A stretch of 64,000 nt of DNA, from NCBI GenBank assembly GCA_017503725.1, contig JAFVSL010000003.1:72272-136271 (forward strand), given 5' to 3'. Within the stretch, counting starts at the first letter, position 1. Every line of letters starts with the position of its first letter. The notes beneath the pieces are model-generated. The model worked only from the letters and a program-made list of their open reading frames with translations, was not told the origin of the DNA and searched no databases. Below, one piece after another: positions 51,117-62,033 of the stretch. The position numbers and the translations under genes were made by a program. Source of the DNA: Alphaproteobacteria bacterium. GTDB lineage: Bacteria > Pseudomonadota > Alphaproteobacteria > Rs-D84.

Positions 51117-52412
51117 TTATTTTATTAAATCACCAGATTTTATGTATTCGGCATCGGTTTTCTTTAAATATTTTTGCGCGCGGCGTGCATATTCGCCCGC
51201 CTGTTCATCGTCACCACGCATCGCATAATATTCCGCCATTGCCCACGCGTGACGCCCCATATCCGCATCACCATAGCATCGCGCCAAAACCCAATACGCC
51301 AATGGTGTCGGCTGGGTTAAAATTACACGCTTGGATAATTCAATCGCACGTGCGTTGTCGCCCGGCTTGCCCCGTTCCGCCAGCACCAACGCCAACGCCG
51401 TTTCAATCTGGGGGGCGTCCTTTACCAATGCCAACGATTTTTCATATGCGCGCACACTGTCATCATAGTGTCCAAACTGAAATTCAATATCCCCCAATAA
51501 TTCATAGAAATATCCATTGTTTGGGTTGCGGGAAATCAGTGTCTGGGTTCCCATACGCGCCCCGTCCAGATTACCACCACGCATATTCGCGATTGCGCGC
51601 GCATAAAGGGCCGCATCCGATTTATCTGCGTATGGATATTTTGCCAAAACATTTTTTGCATCATCCAAATATCCAACCAACTTGGCCCGCACCAATTCAT
51701 ATTGCGCATCACGGGTGGCGGTATCGGGCGCGCGATAATTTGGTGCGTGTTCGGCAATATATTCACGTGCGTTCTTTAACCGTTCACGTGTCAGCGGGTG
51801 ATTTATCCGATTTGGATTTATTGTGTTTTCCATCGCACCGGTTAAATCGTTCATCTGTTCAAAGACGGTTATAAATCCATTTGGATTTTGCCCGGCGCGT
51901 ATCATCAAATCAATCCCCAGGTTATCCGCAATACGTTCTTCGTCCCGGGAAAATGCCAACAAAGACTGGGTCGCAACCCCGGACGAACCCGCCAGCACCC
52001 CCGCCCCCAGTGATGGATTCCCCCCGGCGACCATTAACCCGACCCCCAATGCCTGAATCAGCATTGTGCGTTTCATTTCTGCATCCGACCGTGCCGATAA
52101 TTGCGCCATATGTCCACCAATGGTGTGACCCAATTCGTGCGCAATCACCGCCACCAACGCATCTGGATTTTTTATTTGTTTCAGCAGGCCCGTGTAAACA
52201 TAGACATCTTCGCCACTGCGCACAAACGCGTTAAAATCATCATCGTCTATGATGTGAACATTCAAGCGGCCCGCCCCAATGTCGGCCGCCGTCCCCAGTG
52301 GTGCAACCAGTTCTGATAAAAAATGCTCGGTCTCTGTATCGTTAATAAGTGTTGCCCCAAATGTCGGCATCACCATAAAAACAGATAACAAAAATGCAAA
52401 TATTTTACGCAC
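51117..52412 (-). CDS. M48-family Zn metalloprotease with C-terminal TPR repeats (BepA-like)
   Basis: HELGHTIGGH HExxH motif, signal peptide, TPR-like C-terminal half. Confidence 0.7.
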   Translation of the reverse strand: MRKIFAFLLSVFMVMPTFGATLINDTETEHFLSELVAPLGTAADIGAGRLNVHIIDDDDFNAFVRSGEDVYVYTGLLKQIKNPDALVAVIAHELGHTIGGHMAQLSARSDAEMKRTMLIQALGVGLMVAGGNPSLGAGVLAGSSGVATQSLLAFSRDEERIADNLGIDLMIRAGQNPNGFITVFEQMNDLTGAMENTINPNRINHPLTRERLKNAREYIAEHAPNYRAPDTATRDAQYELVRAKLVGYLDDAKNVLAKYPYADKSDAALYARAIANMRGGNLDGARMGTQTLISRNPNNGYFYELLGDIEFQFGHYDDSVRAYEKSLALVKDAPQIETALALVLAERGKPGDNARAIELSKRVILTQPTPLAYWVLARCYGDADMGRHAWAMAEYYAMRGDDEQAGEYARRAQKYLKKTDAEYIKSGDLIK

Positions 52413-54462
52413 CCTGAATCACCCCACGGTCAAATATGTACATTAAATCGCGTGTCCATTCGTCAGCATCATTATCGCGTGCTGCATTCGCCGCCAACTT
52501 AAACAAATCACGATGTTCGCGATAATCTACAAAATGATATTGTATCCAACCGCTTTGACGGGTGCCCATCAATTCACCAACGCCACGCATCATTAAATCC
52601 TGTTCGGCAATTACAAATCCATCATCTGTCTCGCACAGGACGTCCAGACGCTTTATTCCATCATCAGACAGGTTATTGCCAAAGATTAAAACACAATACG
52701 ATTGCGTGTTGCCGCGTCCGACGCGCCCACGCAACTGGTGCAAGGCCGCCAAACCGAACCGTTCGGCATTCTCAATAACGATGATAGATGCACGGGGTAC
52801 GTCAATTCCAACCTCTATGACCGTGGTCGCAACCAGGATACGCATATCAGAATCGTTATCGGCAAATTTTTCCATAACCGTGTCGCGCTGTTTCTTGTCC
52901 ATTTGCCCATGAACCAGGCCCGCCGTCGGAAAATATTGGCACAACATCTTGTGCCGTTCGACCACCGCCGTCATATTGGCATCACCACTTTCTGATTCTT
53001 CGACCAGGGGGCATACCCAGAAAACCTTGGCCCCGGTGGCAATTTGCATCTGCAACCGCCCCACCAGTTCATTTATTCGCATCATTGGTAACTTGGTCGT
53101 TTTTATTGGTTTGCGTCCGGCGGGTTTCTCGTTAATAATCGATACATCCATATCGCCATACATCGTCATAGACAGTGTTCGCGGAATCGGCGTCGCAGAC
53201 AACGCCAACAAATCTGGATTGTTTCCTTTTTGTCGCAGAGCTTCGCGCTGGGCCACGCCAAATCGATGCTGTTCATCAATAATAACCAGGCCCAAATCGC
53301 GGTATTCAACGTCCGCCGAAAATAATGCGTGCGTTCCGACAACCAAACGTGTCCGCCCCGACTTTAACGATATTAACTTTTCACGGCGGGCCACACCTTT
53401 GTCGCGCCCCGTCAGGATATCACACACAATCCCGATTTTATCACACATTGGCTTTAATTTGGCAAAGTGCTGCTGGGCCAGGGTATCCGTTGGTGCCAGC
53501 AAAGCCGTGGCCGCGCCCGTTTCCGCCATTTTAACCGCCGCCGCCAGGGCAACAATTGTTTTTCCCGATCCAACATCCCCCTGGACCAGGCGCATCATCG
53601 GAACATTCTTTTGCAGGTCATCGAATATTTCATCGCACGTACGACTTTGCGCGCCCGTCATTTCAAAGGGCAGGGCCGCATAAAACTTTTCCATCAAATC
53701 ATATTTTTTTGGACGCACAGCGCGACGGTTCTTGACGTCGGCACGATTGCGACGACTGATTACAATTGCAGACTGGTGCGCGAATAATTCACAATATGCC
53801 AATTTCGCCATATAGGTCGCATTCGGCATTAAATCATCGGCAGACGTGGGAAAATGAATATGTTGCAACGCATCAAAAAATTCCAAGACGCGTTCTTCGC
53901 CCTCGCCACGTAATTTGTCGGGCAATATTTCAAATATCTTGTCACGGACGTTGGCGAACACTTTCTGGGTTAATCCCTCGCCCGCGGGATAAATCGCCTG
54001 AATAGACGGTATCTTGGACGCGTTTTGCATTTCTTCGATAAAGTCTGGATGACTGATTGTTGGGCGCGCCCCACGTTCCAGTTTGCCCGAAATCATACGC
54101 CAATCACCGATTGGTAATTTCTTTAACCAATAATCCAGATAGTTCACATTAAAGAACTGAATCACAACCGGGTTGCCCATTTTATCGTTGCACAGTATCT
54201 GGGTCGGTCGCCGCCGTCCACGAAAGACACCGCCGGACTTGTGGCTTTTAACCAACAGTGGGATTGTTATCACATCCCCCGGGGTTGCATCCATAACATT
54301 GTCGGTTATGTCGCGCGCACGCACATATGCCGGACGATGCAATAAAAAATCCAGCACGCGTCGCCCCCCCAACACATCGTCAAAGCGCGCCGCCAGAACC
54401 GGTCCCACCCCCTTGATGAATTGCAGGTCTGTATTTAAAAAATCAATCAGTTCACGTTTCAT
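52405..54462 (-). CDS. recG: ATP-dependent DNA helicase RecG
   Basis: Wedge domain N-terminus, helicase motifs GDVGSGKT and DEQHRFGV, 685 aa. Confidence 0.85.
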   Translation of the reverse strand: MKRELIDFLNTDLQFIKGVGPVLAARFDDVLGGRRVLDFLLHRPAYVRARDITDNVMDATPGDVITIPLLVKSHKSGGVFRGRRRPTQILCNDKMGNPVVIQFFNVNYLDYWLKKLPIGDWRMISGKLERGARPTISHPDFIEEMQNASKIPSIQAIYPAGEGLTQKVFANVRDKIFEILPDKLRGEGEERVLEFFDALQHIHFPTSADDLMPNATYMAKLAYCELFAHQSAIVISRRNRADVKNRRAVRPKKYDLMEKFYAALPFEMTGAQSRTCDEIFDDLQKNVPMMRLVQGDVGSGKTIVALAAAVKMAETGAATALLAPTDTLAQQHFAKLKPMCDKIGIVCDILTGRDKGVARREKLISLKSGRTRLVVGTHALFSADVEYRDLGLVIIDEQHRFGVAQREALRQKGNNPDLLALSATPIPRTLSMTMYGDMDVSIINEKPAGRKPIKTTKLPMMRINELVGRLQMQIATGAKVFWVCPLVEESESGDANMTAVVERHKMLCQYFPTAGLVHGQMDKKQRDTVMEKFADNDSDMRILVATTVIEVGIDVPRASIIVIENAERFGLAALHQLRGRVGRGNTQSYCVLIFGNNLSDDGIKRLDVLCETDDGFVIAEQDLMMRGVGELMGTRQSGWIQYHFVDYREHRDLFKLAANAARDNDADEWTRDLMYIFDRGVIQGA

Positions 54463-54596
54463 ACACTATAAATTTAGTGAAAAATCCCCGAATATTCAAT
54501 AATAAAAAACGCTCGTGTTTTCCCCTTGTATTTAATCGGCCGTTGTTCTAATATTCCGGTATAAGAATCCATATTGATGGCATTCGGGGGGATTGT

Positions 54597-56726
54597 ATGA
54601 AAAAGATAGTTTTACTGACTTTTCGTTGCCTTGTGACATCCGTCGTGCTCGCGGTTGTTGGTGGTTCTGGTTCAATGGGTGGAATCATCACTGGATGTAC
54701 GGGGTATGACACTATGTTGAATTGTAACAGCACATCGGATCCCTATACGTGCTATTGGGGATATACGCGCAAATATACTGGTGGACAGCCGTCGTACAAT
54801 TGTTATGAATGTACCAATTTGCCATTGGCGGATAATATCCTGGTATCCAGTAATACAGAGACTCAACCTACAATTTCTTGGCTAACCGCTAAAACAGAAT
54901 ACGTTGACCCCTATGGCAATTATCGTGAATTTCCTAACGTGGATGGTTTTTGCCCAATTTTGGTTTCGTGTCCCGCCGGGTATGGATTAAAACTTTATAT
55001 AAACCCAAAATGCAATACGTTAAATGCGGTGTCAGACTGTCGTTATCAGATTAGTTGTGAAGAGTGTGCTATGGGAACATTTGATCGTGAAACCCGATTG
55101 GTGCGTTTATATGCGCCCAGCGCCCTTGAGGATTATGGACTGTATTACGTTCGTGGTCAGTTTGATGATATTGATGGGACCAGTACTTTTATACTAGATA
55201 ATACGGATATGGTTGACAGTAAAATATACGGCTGTGGCGCGTGTGGGGCTAATGCTCATGTAAATACAGATGGCAATAATTGTGACTGTGACGATGGATA
55301 CAGATACTATGATATTGCCGGTCGGGCGATCACCACAAATATTGGGGAACGCGATTGTGTGCCACGTACATACAAAATATATTTGAATACTGGTACCTCT
55401 GCATCCAGTAGCAGTCCGTATATAAACTATCGGCCCGGCACGGGATACGATTTAGATTTAGATGGTGTATACGGTGACGATGGGACCAGTTTGGATTCCG
55501 TTGTAACCGTTACAGTGCCCAAGCAAAATTTTACTGGTTGGTATTTTTGCCCAATGATTACTGGTATTGGTGCGACTATTTGTGGGAATCCAATGTGGTC
55601 AACAAATTCATTTAGCAACAGTGATGATATCATTACCACTTGTAACGGTATTACGCAGTGCAGTATAGACGAATATGATGCAATAAACTTATACAGACAA
55701 TATTCTTGGAAAACTTATACGGTAAAATATGCCGATGGTTCCAATAAAACGAAAACGTGTACATATAATTCAGACTGTAAGATTGATTATACACCGACAA
55801 CCACTATTCCCGGTGGTCAGTTGTTTAAAAACTGGACATATCCCGGTTTTGTGATAAACGTTGGTGATAACATCAAGACCATTGAACAATCGCAACCCAG
55901 TGAATTTAGCAGTAATCAGATTAGCCTTGGCGTCAGTTATACGGAATGTCCGGCCGGCTATTATTGTAAAAATAATGTTCAAACCGAATGTCCCGCGGGC
56001 CACTATTGCCCGGGCGAGACCGCAACCCCAATCCCGTGTGAGGGGGGATATTATTGCCCGGCAAAAAGTGAATCCCAAACAGAGTGTCCCGCGGGCCACT
56101 ATTGCCCGGGCGAGACCGCAACCCCAATCCCGTGCGAGGGGGGATATTATTGCCCGGCAAAAAGTGAATCCCAAACCGAATGTCCCGCGGGCCACTATTG
56201 CCCGGCCAATACCGTAACTCCAATCCCGTGCGATGGCGGATATTATTGCCCGGCAAAAAGTGAATCCCAAACAGAGTGTCCCGCGGGTCACTATTGCCCG
56301 GCCAAGACCACAACCCCAATTCCGTGCGATGATGGGGCATATTGTCCCGCCGGCAGTGCTGCCCCAAACCAGTGTCCCGGGGGGTACTATTGTTCGGAAA
56401 AAAGTTCGGAACCGATTCCGTGCGATGGCGGATATTATTGTCCCGCCGGCAGTGCCACCCAAACACCGTGTAATGTTGGGTATTATTGCCCGGTAAAAAG
56501 CGCCACCCAAACACCGTGCGATAGCGGCTATTATTGCCCAGCAGAATCCGCAGAAATGAAAAATTGTCCCGTTGGCACAACCAGTGATGCTGGACGTTCC
56601 GGTGTTGCCGGTGCCAAGGCCGCAACCGATTGCTATGTCAGTGATATGACCAAATTCAAAGACAGTGGTTTTAGTTTTACCCTGCCAATAACATCGGGAA
56701 CCGTGAAATACAAGGGCAGGGGTTAA
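54597..56726 (+). CDS. large secreted cysteine-rich tandem-repeat protein (GCC2/GCC3-like CPxGxYC repeats)
   Basis: N-terminal signal/TM; about 12 repeats of ECPAGHYCP(G/A)xTxTPIPC(E/D)GGYYCPAKSESQT; near-identical 90 bp DNA repeats 55940-56560. Confidence 0.7.
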   Translation: MKKIVLLTFRCLVTSVVLAVVGGSGSMGGIITGCTGYDTMLNCNSTSDPYTCYWGYTRKYTGGQPSYNCYECTNLPLADNILVSSNTETQPTISWLTAKTEYVDPYGNYREFPNVDGFCPILVSCPAGYGLKLYINPKCNTLNAVSDCRYQISCEECAMGTFDRETRLVRLYAPSALEDYGLYYVRGQFDDIDGTSTFILDNTDMVDSKIYGCGACGANAHVNTDGNNCDCDDGYRYYDIAGRAITTNIGERDCVPRTYKIYLNTGTSASSSSPYINYRPGTGYDLDLDGVYGDDGTSLDSVVTVTVPKQNFTGWYFCPMITGIGATICGNPMWSTNSFSNSDDIITTCNGITQCSIDEYDAINLYRQYSWKTYTVKYADGSNKTKTCTYNSDCKIDYTPTTTIPGGQLFKNWTYPGFVINVGDNIKTIEQSQPSEFSSNQISLGVSYTECPAGYYCKNNVQTECPAGHYCPGETATPIPCEGGYYCPAKSESQTECPAGHYCPGETATPIPCEGGYYCPAKSESQTECPAGHYCPANTVTPIPCDGGYYCPAKSESQTECPAGHYCPAKTTTPIPCDDGAYCPAGSAAPNQCPGGYYCSEKSSEPIPCDGGYYCPAGSATQTPCNVGYYCPVKSATQTPCDSGYYCPAESAEMKNCPVGTTSDAGRSGVAGAKAATDCYVSDMTKFKDSGFSFTLPITSGTVKYKGRG

Positions 56727-56775
56727 TCCATATCCCAACCATATACAGAATTAAAAATCCGCCAATCGGCGGGTT

Positions 56776-57246
56776 TTAATTTCCTTTTAATATGCGTGCT
56801 TTGTTTTTATCCCATTCGCGCTGTTTTATTGTTTCGCGCTTGTCGACCTTGTTTTTACCGTATCCGATGCCCAGCAAGACCTTTAATTTTCCGCGATTAT
56901 TAAAATACAGTTTCAGGGGCACAATTGTTGCACCTTTTTCTTGTAATTTTCCGATTAAACGGTTGATTTGATTTCGGTGTAATAATAATTGGCGACTGCG
57001 CCGTTCGTCAAAGTTTACAATGCGTGCCGCGGTTGGTAATTTTTGAATTTCCACCCCGGCCAAGAATAAATTATCGCCACGCCGTTGCACAAATCCATCA
57101 ACGATGGTTACCAAACCATATCGAATGGATTTTATTTCCGCGCCGGTTAATGAAATACCGGCCTCTATCGTATCTTCAATAGAGTAATTGAACCGCGCTT
57201 TGCGATTTTCAGAAACCTGACCAAATTTTATAATTTGACGTGCCAT
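56776..57246 (-). CDS. smpB: SsrA-binding protein
   Basis: KARFNYSIEDTIEAGISLTGAEIKS N-terminal pattern, 156 aa. Confidence 0.9.
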   Translation of the reverse strand: MARQIIKFGQVSENRKARFNYSIEDTIEAGISLTGAEIKSIRYGLVTIVDGFVQRRGDNLFLAGVEIQKLPTAARIVNFDERRSRQLLLHRNQINRLIGKLQEKGATIVPLKLYFNNRGKLKVLLGIGYGKNKVDKRETIKQREWDKNKARILKGN

Positions 57247-57342
57247 AATGGGCGTATTCTACACCAATAATTAAAAGATTGCAAATTTAATAAACGGTGC
57301 TAAGATTACGCCCGAATATAAACATAGCGCCAAGGACAAATT

Positions 57343-57822
57343 ATGAAAAATGAAGAGTATTCTATGGATCAATTCTGTGATTATACAACAGACAGATTTA
57401 ATACCGCTCAACCCGATATGCCGGCACCTTCATTTGTTAAGCAATTGTGGTATGGTATTGGTCGTATAGAATCATTATATCAAATTAACAATACCACTGT
57501 TGCAGAACTGCAATGTGGCGCGTATGGTAAACCAGAGGTTGTTTTTACGCCATATCTAAATTTGGGGTGGTTCCGCACTGATCGAGATGTCAGAATTTTT
57601 GCAAGAAATCACGCTGAAAAGCATTTGTGTATTTTGGGTTTTGAAACAATCGTTAATACTGCGACAGATAAATCTAGATTACCAGATATATCTGTTGTTG
57701 TACCGTTAAATACAAAACGTAATATTAATCGTATGCGTATATTTGGTCCATATATGTTGTTTGATAAAAGAAAGATGTTAACATCTGCGGTATTGTCGCA
57801 AATGGAATCCAAGACAAAATAA
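57343..57822 (+). CDS. hypothetical protein
   Basis: 159 aa ORF; terminator 57821-57850. Confidence 0.45.
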   Translation: MKNEEYSMDQFCDYTTDRFNTAQPDMPAPSFVKQLWYGIGRIESLYQINNTTVAELQCGAYGKPEVVFTPYLNLGWFRTDRDVRIFARNHAEKHLCILGFETIVNTATDKSRLPDISVVVPLNTKRNINRMRIFGPYMLFDKRKMLTSAVLSQMESKTK

Positions 57823-57845
57823 AAATCCCCCATCTGGGGGATTTT

Positions 57846-58604
57846 TTATAATTTCATCTTTGGGTACAATCTGTGCGTGTTTTCTGTCAGAATCTGTTCC
57901 AACTCAGTTAATTTTACACCCTTAACATCCGCTAACACGCGTGCGGTCTCGATTACCATTGCGGGCTCGCACGGTTTGCCACGGTATGGAACCGGGGCGC
58001 AATATGGACTGTCGGTTTCGATAACAATCCGGTCGATTGGAATTTTTGAAAAAGTTTCACGAATGTCACCCGAATTTTTAAATGTCAAAATGCCACTGGC
58101 CGAAAACATAAAACCACGGTCCAACATCTTTTTTGCTAAATCCCACGAACTGGTATAGCAATGCATAACACCACATACATCACCGTTTAAAATTTGCGCG
58201 GTGTCGGCCTCGGCCTCGCGCGTGTGAATTGCGACGGGCAGGGCACATTTCTTTGCAATTGCCAATTGCCGTTCGAATAATTCAATTTGTTGCATACGCG
58301 TGTCTGCATTATAGTGGTAATCCAGACCGATTTCCCCAATCCCAACAACGCGCGGGTCGTTTAATATGTCGTCTGTTAACAAATCGTCGGGGTTTGTGTT
58401 AATGTATTCTGGGTGAATTCCAATTGTGCAAAAAACATTATCGTGCATATGCGCAATGTGCAACGCGCCCGGAATATCATTCGGGTCGGCGGTGGGACAA
58501 ATCATAATACCAACGCCCGCGGCCATCGCATTTGCGATTGCGCGGTCTGCATCCCCATCGTTACAGTGCCGGTCGGTCAAGTGACAGTGTGTATCTATAA
58601 ACAT
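57846..58604 (-). CDS. TatD-family hydrolase (second paralog)
   Basis: MFIDTHCHL, later His and Asp ligands; 252 aa. Confidence 0.8.
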   Translation of the reverse strand: MFIDTHCHLTDRHCNDGDADRAIANAMAAGVGIMICPTADPNDIPGALHIAHMHDNVFCTIGIHPEYINTNPDDLLTDDILNDPRVVGIGEIGLDYHYNADTRMQQIELFERQLAIAKKCALPVAIHTREAEADTAQILNGDVCGVMHCYTSSWDLAKKMLDRGFMFSASGILTFKNSGDIRETFSKIPIDRIVIETDSPYCAPVPYRGKPCEPAMVIETARVLADVKGVKLTELEQILTENTHRLYPKMKL

Positions 58605-59500
58605 TTTTTTATTTCGCTTATTATTTTAAATATTGCAATTTCAGGTTCCAGATAGATTCGATTAACATCCGCGATTGCGTGCGTAACCATTGGATATAAG
58701 TCCGCCAGACCGAAATGCGCCACCGCATCCAACAGAATTTGATATATTTCCGGATTTGGTGCAATCTTTTTCGCAATGGCCATCATATCGCCCGCGTTTG
58801 CCCGCGGGTTATTAAGTATATCAATCAGGTGTTCGTAAATCTCATCTCCGCCCGATGATTTAAGATTCGCGATTTTCCCAAAACAACCATTCGCCAGGCG
58901 CAATGTATCGGTGCTGATATCATCTTCGGGCATAAATCGCGCGCACAGTTCCCGCATCTGGGATATGGTTAACGGCCGCATTTTTTCCACACGCGCACGT
59001 GAACGCACCGTCGGTAATACGTTTGATAATTGGTGCACCACCAACAGGAATAACGTTTGTGCCGGTGGCTCTTCCAGTAATTTTAATATCGCATTCGATG
59101 CCGCTGTATTTAATTCATCCACAGAATCAATCAGTACAACCCGCCATCCGCCCGACATAGACGACATCTGCATTTTATCAATCATCGCGCGCACGGTGTA
59201 TACTGAAATAACCTTGCCGTCGGATTTTATGTTTCCGTTTTTATCAATGTTTCTGTCTTGGTCCACGATAAAGAAATCCCCGACATTTCCATAAACCATT
59301 TTTGCGATTTTATACGCCAGTGTCGCTTTACCAATGCCGCGCGGACCGGTTAACATCCATACCGGGTGAATGGGATGCGTATCACGATTTTCCCACGCAT
59401 TCATAAACGTGCGCAGTGTATCACTGTGCCCCACCAGGGCTTCATTTTCCATTGGATGGGGAAATACGTATTCTGAACTTTTCTTTTTTCTTGGTGCCAT
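58595..59500 (-). CDS. holB: DNA polymerase III delta-prime subunit
   Basis: AAA-like P-loop LTGPRGIGKATLA, 301 aa, overlaps tatD start. Confidence 0.7.
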   Translation of the reverse strand: MAPRKKKSSEYVFPHPMENEALVGHSDTLRTFMNAWENRDTHPIHPVWMLTGPRGIGKATLAYKIAKMVYGNVGDFFIVDQDRNIDKNGNIKSDGKVISVYTVRAMIDKMQMSSMSGGWRVVLIDSVDELNTAASNAILKLLEEPPAQTLFLLVVHQLSNVLPTVRSRARVEKMRPLTISQMRELCARFMPEDDISTDTLRLANGCFGKIANLKSSGGDEIYEHLIDILNNPRANAGDMMAIAKKIAPNPEIYQILLDAVAHFGLADLYPMVTHAIADVNRIYLEPEIAIFKIISEIKKCL

Positions 59501-59502
59501 TT

Positions 59503-60708
59503 TTAAATCCCAAACATTACCCGAATATTTTTAATAACGCGTCCCATAAATTGAATCTTGCGCACGCGTTCTTTTGCCACCAGTGGTGCCCGCGCGATAA
59601 CACGACCGTCTTGTTCCGCGATTATTTCGCCGATTTGTGCGCCCGCATCAATTGGTGCGGCAATTGGTTCGTCAAATCGGGCCAAGACACGGACATCTTT
59701 TAATCCGTCTTTTTTATCAACCGTGATTGCGAATGGCTTGGCGACCGTTGCGACAACGGTGTCTTGTTTCCCATACCATACCGGAATATCAACAACCTTG
59801 TCGCCGGGGCGATAAAAAACCTTGTTCATTGTGGTCGAAAAGCCGTGGTTTAATAACTTTTTCATCTCGTTCGCTAATGCATCGTGCCCCTTGCCGTTGA
59901 ATCCGTTAATCACCGCCACCAGGCGTCGTCCGCCAACCTTTGCACTGGCAACCATACCGTATCCACCGTCATTTGTGTGCCCCGTTTTAAGGCCATCCGC
60001 CCCCGGCATAATAAACAGCAATTTGTTATAGTTTACCGTATGTGTACGCCCCCATTCACGACACCAGTCTGTCTGGTGTTCATTAAATTCAAATCGCTTG
60101 GTCGCAAACATCGGGTACAGGTCTGGATAGTCCCCAATCAAATGCAACGCCAATGTGGCCAGTTCACGACTGGTCATCAGATTGTTTGGATTGGGCAAAC
60201 CGCTGGCATTCCCGAACGTAGACTGTTCCATACCAATACTGCGTGCCTTTTGTTCCATTAACTGTGTGAATGCACCCTCGGACCCGGCTAATTTTTCCGC
60301 CACGACAACGGATGCATCGCCCCCCGATTGCACAATCAGGCCCAATATCAAATCACGTACGGAAATTGTCTGACCCGCGCTAAGGCAAATCTTGCTTGCT
60401 GGGTACCATTTTGGATCGTTATAGTCTGCGTTTTCGCTGACCGGGAAACGCGTGTCCAACGTGATATTTCCGGCCTTTATCTCGTCAAACAATACGGCCA
60501 ACGTCATCAGTTTAATCATCGATGACGGCGGCATCAGTTTATCGGCATTTTTTGCCACAATCTCGACACCGGAATCATAGTCAATCAGGAATGCAGACTT
60601 TGCCTTGGTCTTAAATTCTGTGGCATTTGCCACACCACAAACAATCGATAAAAATAATGCAAATAATTTCTTTTTCATAGATCTGATAATAGCAACATCA
60701 AACACCAT
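59503..60708 (-). CDS. dacC: D-alanyl-D-alanine carboxypeptidase (PBP5/6, S11 family)
   Basis: Signal peptide; SxxK (SMIK) and KTG (LKTGHT) motifs; C-terminal beta-domain. Confidence 0.75.
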   Translation of the reverse strand: MVFDVAIIRSMKKKLFALFLSIVCGVANATEFKTKAKSAFLIDYDSGVEIVAKNADKLMPPSSMIKLMTLAVLFDEIKAGNITLDTRFPVSENADYNDPKWYPASKICLSAGQTISVRDLILGLIVQSGGDASVVVAEKLAGSEGAFTQLMEQKARSIGMEQSTFGNASGLPNPNNLMTSRELATLALHLIGDYPDLYPMFATKRFEFNEHQTDWCREWGRTHTVNYNKLLFIMPGADGLKTGHTNDGGYGMVASAKVGGRRLVAVINGFNGKGHDALANEMKKLLNHGFSTTMNKVFYRPGDKVVDIPVWYGKQDTVVATVAKPFAITVDKKDGLKDVRVLARFDEPIAAPIDAGAQIGEIIAEQDGRVIARAPLVAKERVRKIQFMGRVIKNIRVMFGI

Positions 60709-60722
60709 TTCAAATATATTTT

Positions 60723-61952
60723 TTATTGAATTTTTCCAACAAATGTATCGCCCTGAATTTCAGTGATAACTGCGTTGCAAATTGTCCGTGGCGGAATAGG
60801 CGTGCCAACAATTTTAACGGAAATATCGTGTGGGCAACGTGCGATGTTGTTTTCTTCGACCAGTACTTGAACGGTTTGCCGCGCTTGTGATTGCATAAAA
60901 TTGGCACGATTTTCATTTGCCGCGTCATTTATTATTTTTACACGTTGTTTGGAAATTGCGCGATTAACCTGGTTTGGCATAGTTGCTGCAACGGTATTGG
61001 GGCGGGGCGAATATGGAAACGCGTGAATCTTAATCGGCTTTAATTCGCGCACCAATGCCAAGGTCTCGTTAAACAATTCTTCGCTTTCCCCGGGAAAACC
61101 GCAAATAATATCCCAACTGAATGTTATATTGTCACCCGCCATTTGCACCCATTTTCGAACCGTGTCTGCGGTATGACGGCGACGCATAGATTTTAAAATT
61201 GTGTCCGAGCCCGACTGCATCGAAAAATGCATATGTGGCATCATACGTGCATCGGATTTAATCAGGTCTATGATTTTTCCAACCTCTGGCACCGCCGGAT
61301 CCATCGACGACAGGCGCAGTCGTCGTATCCCCGGCACATCCGCCAATAATTTTTTGCACAAATCAGAAATTAAAAATGCCCGCCCATCATACACCCGTGC
61401 ATATGATGCGATATCAACCCCGGTTAAGACTATTTCGCCGAACCCGGCGTCCATCGCCGCACGCACATCGGCCAAGATTTCGTCGTATTCAAATGAAACC
61501 GCGCCCCCCCGCAACAGGCGTGTCACACAATATGTGCAATCGTGATTGCATCCATTTTGAATTTGAACGAACTTTTTTGATAATTTTTCATCTGTATCGC
61601 GGAAATTGTCGATGGTTGCGCCCCCAACAATATTGCACGGGGTGCGTGCCATCGCATCCATATATGCGTTCAGATTTCTTTTTTGAAAATTATCGACAAC
61701 GATAACATTTGGTATGTCGCAAAACATTTCCGGGTTACGGGTTGCCGCACACCCGGTAACGAATATTGGGGTGTTTTTATTCTCGCGTGCGATGCGTCGG
61801 ACGGATTGGCCTGATTGCCGTTCGGCTTCGCCTGTGACGGCGCAAGTATTCACGACAATCGCAGTTTCCAGGACATTTTTCAGCATACTTTGAATCTTTT
61901 CAGATTCCAACGCGTTCAGCCTACAACCAAAAGATAATGTTTTAATACTCAT
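60723..61952 (-). CDS. MiaB/RimO/MtaB-family radical-SAM methylthiotransferase (size suggests MtaB)
   Basis: N-terminal MTTase Cys triad (FGCRLN...), radical SAM CxxxCxxC (CNHDCTYC), C-terminal TRAM. Confidence 0.75.
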   Translation of the reverse strand: MSIKTLSFGCRLNALESEKIQSMLKNVLETAIVVNTCAVTGEAERQSGQSVRRIARENKNTPIFVTGCAATRNPEMFCDIPNVIVVDNFQKRNLNAYMDAMARTPCNIVGGATIDNFRDTDEKLSKKFVQIQNGCNHDCTYCVTRLLRGGAVSFEYDEILADVRAAMDAGFGEIVLTGVDIASYARVYDGRAFLISDLCKKLLADVPGIRRLRLSSMDPAVPEVGKIIDLIKSDARMMPHMHFSMQSGSDTILKSMRRRHTADTVRKWVQMAGDNITFSWDIICGFPGESEELFNETLALVRELKPIKIHAFPYSPRPNTVAATMPNQVNRAISKQRVKIINDAANENRANFMQSQARQTVQVLVEENNIARCPHDISVKIVGTPIPPRTICNAVITEIQGDTFVGKIQ

Positions 61953-62033
61953 TTTTTTATTTTTCTGCTTGCATTTTTACTATCTATAAGGCATTATAAC
62001 CAGGCTAAAAATGATTTCAACAAAGGATTTAAA

